Shown piece after piece: positions 7,214 to 10,437 of a stretch of DNA of 10,437 nucleotides. The translations under genes and the position numbers were made by a program. The stretch is taken from the NCBI GenBank assembly GCA_040754655.1, contig JBFMCE010000111.1:1-10437 (forward strand), given 5' to 3'. Origin of the DNA: Bdellovibrionota bacterium (GTDB lineage: Bacteria; Bdellovibrionota; UBA1018; UBA923). The notes under the pieces are model-generated. The model searched no databases. It had not been told where the DNA came from and was given only the letters and a program-made list of their open reading frames with translations. Positions within the stretch are counted from its first letter, which is position 1. Every line of letters starts with the position of its first letter.

Positions 7214-8011
7214 ATGAGTGTCATTTATGCTCGCCGTATTATTGAGGGACGTGGAATAACCGATCCTAAAGAGATTGATCTTGAATCTATAGCAAACTCC
7301 CTAGAAGTAACGATTGAGGAGGCCGACCTAGACGGATGTGATGGTATATTACAAATGATACCAGACCCGAAGTGCGGCATCATCACTGTGAAGAAATCCA
7401 TCAAAGAACCGGGCCAGAAGCGGTTTGTCATTGCTCACGAATTGGGTCACTATGAAACACCCAATCAGCCGAGTCAGGATTATCATTGCAGCACAGCGGA
7501 TATGAGTCCGAAAGGTCATCGTTTTAAGCCGGAAGAGAGAGAGGCAAATGAATTTGCTGCAGAGTTGTTAATGCCAGAAAAGCTGTTTAAACCTAGAATG
7601 AAGAACAAGCGACCCAGTATGGATTTGATCAAATCTCTAGCAGGCGATTTTCAAACGACACTGACTGCCACACTCAGGAGATTCGTAAAGCTCACAGATT
7701 ATCGCTGCGCAATGATTTCATCTGTTGACGGAAAAGTAGAATACTTTGTACCCTCTGGTGATTTTCATCATAGTATTAGTAATGGCACACCTCTCCATCC
7801 TAATTCTTATGCCATAGACTTCTTCAAGTCGGGAAGAATCGAGAATAAGATGCATTCAGTTTTTGCTAATACTTGGATTACAAGCGATCGAATAAGTCGA
7901 AATGCATGCATATACGAACATTCTATTGCCCAACCAAGTTACAAGTCTGTGCTAACACTTTTATGGATAAGTCAGGACATTGACGGGTTGCATTTTCCGG
8001 TGAAAAATTGA
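7214..8011 (+). CDS. ImmA/IrrE (Peptidase_M78) zinc metallo-endopeptidase, last 7 aa MITE-derived
   Basis: KRFVIAHELGH (HExxH), EREANEFAAELLMP, HTH-like segment (LAGDFQTTLTATLRRFV) and C-terminal GAF-like region, as in IrrE/CapP-type proteins. Confidence 0.92.
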   Translation: MSVIYARRIIEGRGITDPKEIDLESIANSLEVTIEEADLDGCDGILQMIPDPKCGIITVKKSIKEPGQKRFVIAHELGHYETPNQPSQDYHCSTADMSPKGHRFKPEEREANEFAAELLMPEKLFKPRMKNKRPSMDLIKSLAGDFQTTLTATLRRFVKLTDYRCAMISSVDGKVEYFVPSGDFHHSISNGTPLHPNSYAIDFFKSGRIENKMHSVFANTWITSDRISRNACIYEHSIAQPSYKSVLTLLWISQDIDGLHFPVKN

Positions 8012-8183
8012 GCCATTTTCCGCTCAAACAGAGAGCCACTTTCAGAGGTTCACAACGCGAGGGCCGTCTGCGGCAATTGCCGTGCAACACGTGAGATAGC
8101 CACACAGGCCGTCAACGGCCCAGCTTGTTTTTGTGGCTCAAACTCTCACCGGAAAATGGCTCAAACTTCGAGCGGAAAATACA
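7989..8183. mobile_element. 195-bp non-autonomous IS21-family-type element (MITE)
   Basis: TG...CA ends. Left TGCATTTTCCGGTGAAAAATTGAGCCATTTTCCGCTC, right (rev-comp) TGTATTTTCCGCTCGAAGTTTGAGCCATTTTCCGGTG, each with two ~23-bp tandem units. 5-bp direct repeat CGGGT on both flanks (7984-7988, 8184-8188). Confidence 0.88.
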
Positions 8184-8188
8184 CGGGT

Positions 8189-8268
8189 TCTACTCCCTAG
8201 ATGAGTACGATGATCGAGAGCCAGATTTAGACCACTTCACCCCAGACGGTAAACGCTGGCGTTGGTAA
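8189..8268 (+). pseudogene. Displaced native 3' end of the ImmA/IrrE peptidase gene
   Basis: Removing the MITE plus one CGGGT joins ...QDIDG in frame to FYSLDEYDDREPDLDHFTPDGKRWRW* (TAA 8266-8268). Confidence 0.8.
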
Positions 8269-8346
8269 TTCATCAAACGCGCCTCGACACCGAAACAGCC
8301 AGACCCTTCCTTGATTGTCTGAGCGTACCAGTATCATCTAAGGCCA

Positions 8347-8374
8347 TTGCCCAATTCATCCCTACTGCTATGCT
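8347..8374 (+). promoter_or_regulatory. Possible extended -10 promoter for DUF2958-like gene
   Basis: TTGCCC, 16 nt, TATGCT preceded by TGn. Followed by palindrome TCAGAC-A-GTCTGA (8375-8387). Confidence 0.4.
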
Positions 8375-8436
8375 TCAGACAGTCTGACGCTTCACTTCCC
8401 TACCGAATCAAAAACCAACTGTCAGGAGGAATAGCA

Positions 8437-8742
8437 ATGGAACTTCTCACGGATGAACTGCGCTCGCAGCTTCCGCCGCTCTATGCCCAGGAAAAAGTTA
8501 AAGACCCAATGGTACACGCCAAATTCTTTACCCCCTGGACTCACTGGACGTGGTACGTGACCGAAGGCTCAGAGGAAGAAGGCGACTTTATCTTTTTCGG
8601 CTACGTCGCCGGTGACTTTGGAGAGTGGGGATATTTTTCGCTCAACGAGCTTGAGTCGGTTCGAGGGCCAGGGGGTCTGACCATCGAGCGCGATCTACAT
8701 TTCACTCCCAAGCGCAAAAGCGAGATTCCAGACTTTCCCTAA
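8437..8742 (+). CDS. DUF2958-like protein
   Basis: LPPLYAQE...DP....KFFTP...WTWYVTE......FFGYV.G...EWGYFSL.EL.......GL.IERDLHF.P signature. ATG 8437 follows AGGAGGA. Confidence 0.8.
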   Translation: MELLTDELRSQLPPLYAQEKVKDPMVHAKFFTPWTHWTWYVTEGSEEEGDFIFFGYVAGDFGEWGYFSLNELESVRGPGGLTIERDLHFTPKRKSEIPDFP

Positions 8743-8781
8743 CCCACAACAACTGGCTACGGAAAAGGCAACGCCAATGCC

Positions 8782-8809
8782 AGAGGGTAGGATACTTCCC
8801 TGCCCTCTT
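8782..8809 (+). terminator. Hairpin / possible terminator after DUF2958-like gene
   Basis: AGAGGGTAGG...CCTGCCCTCT, a 10-bp stem with one G-U and only a short T tail. Confidence 0.45.
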
Positions 8810-8862
8810 GATTCATTCACCCGATGTGCTACGCTTCACTCATCATCAAATCTTCTCTGCCA

Positions 8863-9384
8863 ATGCCCACCAGAAATCTCATCGCCCCTGATCTCATCGA
8901 GCAACACATCTACCTGATTCGCGGCCACAAGGTAATGCTTTCAACTGACCTGGCCGCTCTCTACGCCGTCGAGCCACGGGCGCTTGTCCAGGCAGTCAAG
9001 CGCAACCTCGACCGCTTCCCTGATGACTTTATGTTCCAACTGAGCAAGCGAGAGTTTGAGAATTTGAAATCACAAATTGTGACTTCAAGTTGGGGAGGAC
9101 TGCGCCGCGCCACCCCTTACGCCTTCACCCAGGAAGGAGTAGCAATGCTTTCCAGTGTGCTGCGAAGCAAACAGGCAATCCAGGTCAACATCGCCATCAT
9201 GCGAGCCTTTGTCCGGCTCCGCTCAATTTTGGCTGCGCATAAGGAACTGGCCCGAAAGATCGAGGCGCTGGAGCGAGAAACCAAGACGAATTTCAAAGCC
9301 GTCTTCGAGTTGATCAACAAATATCTCAAACCGCAATCACTGCCCAAGTCTTCAATCGGTTTTCGCACCGAAATAAATAAATAA
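8863..9384 (+). CDS. ORF6N-domain DNA-binding protein (antirepressor-like)
   Basis: IYLIRGHKVMLSTDLAALY.V....LVQAVKRN..RFP.DFMFQL...GGLRRATPYAFTQEGVAMLSSVLRS..AIQVNIAIMRAFV...IGF. Start could be ATG 8824 or 8863. Confidence 0.9.
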   Translation: MPTRNLIAPDLIEQHIYLIRGHKVMLSTDLAALYAVEPRALVQAVKRNLDRFPDDFMFQLSKREFENLKSQIVTSSWGGLRRATPYAFTQEGVAMLSSVLRSKQAIQVNIAIMRAFVRLRSILAAHKELARKIEALERETKTNFKAVFELINKYLKPQSLPKSSIGFRTEINK

Positions 9385-9409
9385 TCGAGCCATCACAGTC
9401 TGTGACACC

Positions 9410-9441
9410 AGAGAGCAGGGCCACTTCCCTGCTCTCTTTTT
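9410..9441 (+). terminator. Intrinsic terminator after ORF6N gene
   Basis: Perfect 11-bp stem AGAGAGCAGGG / CCCTGCTCTCT, 6-nt loop, followed by a T run. Confidence 0.8.
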
Positions 9442-9632
9442 GCTGCCCAGTGGCAGTTGACTACAGATCAAAAGTGAGGTAAACATCGTCACACCCAATA
9501 TACGGGTAAAAACGCACGGGCCGGACGCACGGGACTGGAGACACCTACCTTAACCCGGTCCGTGCTTTAATTTTCTTGGCCTACTATCCCCCCGCCTGCC
9601 GCACACGCTCTCTCAAAAACACCAAGCCGCCT

Positions 9633-9837
9633 TGCTCACGGGTCTTCCATTGTACCGAATTGCAGGCTCCCGGCTGTCAAGCCCCTCCAAAGAAATTCGG
9701 GGGCTTGCTTTTTTATCCTTCCCTCCTCGCCTACGCTTCGTCGTGAACATAAATCGCTTGCGCTTCCCCTACCTGTAGAAGAAGCCAATCGGCTTGACAG
9801 CGCCTGCAATTCGGTTGTTCGCCCCTTGCGGTGAGCA
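9633..9837. promoter_or_regulatory. Long fold-back resembling a single-stranded DNA (Frpo/ssi-type) promoter
   Basis: Helices 9654-9667/9802-9815 (14 bp), 9673-9683/9791-9801 (11 bp, contains TTGACA) and 9633-9639/9831-9837 (7 bp). Minus strand TTGACA (9680-9675) to TACAAT (9654-9649), with the -10 largely unpaired. Confidence 0.6.
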
Positions 9838-9889
9838 TAGCAGCGCTGCGAGCCGCCAAGAAGAACGCGCTGAAAGAAAGGAACAAGTT

Positions 9890-10123
9890 ATGTTCCAACA
9901 AGACAAACCAAAAAGCTTCATGCAGGAACTCGACCTGTGGAGCGATGAACATGTCATCGGCCCGCTGATCGATCCTCACTACAGCGATCCGGCTGAAAAT
10001 CGTGAGGCGACCATCGCCCGCGTCAAGAAAGCCATCCGCGAGAAGGTTCTTGAATCTTATCGCAACGGCCAGGGCGCAGGCCCGGCCAAAGCAGGTGCGC
10101 GGAGGAGCTATGCAAAACGCTGA
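9890..10123 (+). CDS. Hypothetical protein (77 aa)
   Basis: ATG 9890 after AAAGGAA. Protein-like composition (FMQELDLW...VKKAIREKVLESYRNG). Lies directly downstream of the fold-back. Confidence 0.65.
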   Translation: MFQQDKPKSFMQELDLWSDEHVIGPLIDPHYSDPAENREATIARVKKAIREKVLESYRNGQGAGPAKAGARRSYAKR

Positions 10124-10235
10124 ACTCCTGCGGCTACTGTTGGCGCTGGCCTTCGGGCTGGCGCTCCTGGCGCTGATGGAATTAGGCGATAGGCTAAAGC
10201 GCAAGCTTTACGCAACCGCCCGGCGCCGGCGCTAG
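10110..10235 (+). CDS. Small single-pass membrane peptide (41 aa)
   Basis: MQNAELLRLLLALAFGLALLALMELGDRLKRKLYATARRRR. GGAGGAG immediately upstream. Overlaps the end of the previous gene. Confidence 0.5.
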   Translation: MQNAELLRLLLALAFGLALLALMELGDRLKRKLYATARRRR

Positions 10236-10241
10236 AAGCGC

Positions 10242-10277
10242 AAGGCTCGGAAAGAATACACGCTTTCCGAGCCTTTC
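10242..10277. terminator. Hairpin / probable terminator
   Basis: Perfect 13-bp stem AAGGCTCGGAAAG / CTTTCCGAGCCTT, starting 6 nt after the stop at 10235. Confidence 0.6.
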
Positions 10278-10312
10278 ATCATTAACTGATTTGTTTATGT
10301 CCTATCTACAAC

Positions 10313-10435
10313 TCACGTTTCGCTCATTTTGATTTGAGTTTCTGAGAAATGCGGAATCAGACAGTGATAAATCTCAGCACTAAATCCGAGCAGTTCAAGA
10401 ATATGACCTTGCAAAGCGGAGAGCGGTGTCAGATA
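10313..10435 (-). CDS. IS1634-family-like transposase, C-terminal end (partial, runs off window)
   Basis: Minus strand reads YLTPLSALQGHILELLGFSAEIYHCLIPHFSETQIKMSET*, resembling the IS1634-type tail (LTPLS.LQ..IL.LLG....IY). The element end is probably at ~10312 (CTCACGTTTCGC). Not in ORF track. Confidence 0.7.
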   Translation of the reverse strand, partial: YLTPLSALQGHILELLGFSAEIYHCLIPHFSETQIKMSET

Positions 10436-10437
10436 CC

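Noticed and set aside
6731..8105. ORFs 6731..7018, 6769..6981, 7225..7431, 7923..8105 (-) and 6997..7197 (+)
   Set aside because: Shadows of the regulatory triad or spanning the MITE, with no support.
7993..8180. 23-bp repeats as CRISPR array, iterons or integron attC
   Set aside because: There are only two units per end, in inverted orientation, with TG/CA termini and a target duplication; IS21-type ends explain them.
9117..10204. ORFs 9117..9368, 9731..10204, 9769..9957 (-) and N-terminal extensions from 9794 and 10002
   Set aside because: Antisense to SD-supported plus-strand genes. The TTG at 9794 is part of the TTGACA in the fold-back.
1..10437. Composite transposon formed by the two edge IS elements
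   Set aside because: The two transposase tails belong to different families, so their ends would not be mobilised together.

Overview
Accessory defence/mobile region bounded at both edges by inward-pointing transposase C-termini (IS630-like at left, IS1634-like at right; neither is in the ORF track). Left part: an AdoMet-decarboxylase (SpeD-like) gene whose 3' end is cut by the IS630, with a near-consensus promoter carrying two palindromic operator-like boxes; a transposase remnant; a large TIR/SEFIR-domain protein with an unrecognised N-terminal domain; and a small Zn-ribbon gene. Centre: a bacterial ubiquitin-like conjugation operon on the minus strand (single Ubl ending in Gly, a cysteine-free Prok-E2-type protein, and a JAB peptidase-ThiF/E1 fusion). 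It is divergent from a three-gene regulatory module (sigma-factor-like protein, putative anti-sigma/substrate, ImmA/IrrE zinc peptidase). A 195-bp IS21-type MITE with a 5-bp target duplication has replaced the peptidase's native C-terminal tail. Right part: genes typical of mobile-element leading regions (DUF2958-like, ORF6N), related hairpins, a long fold-back resembling a single-stranded-DNA (Frpo-type) promoter, and two small ORFs. Family assignments come from motif recognition by eye, not database searches.
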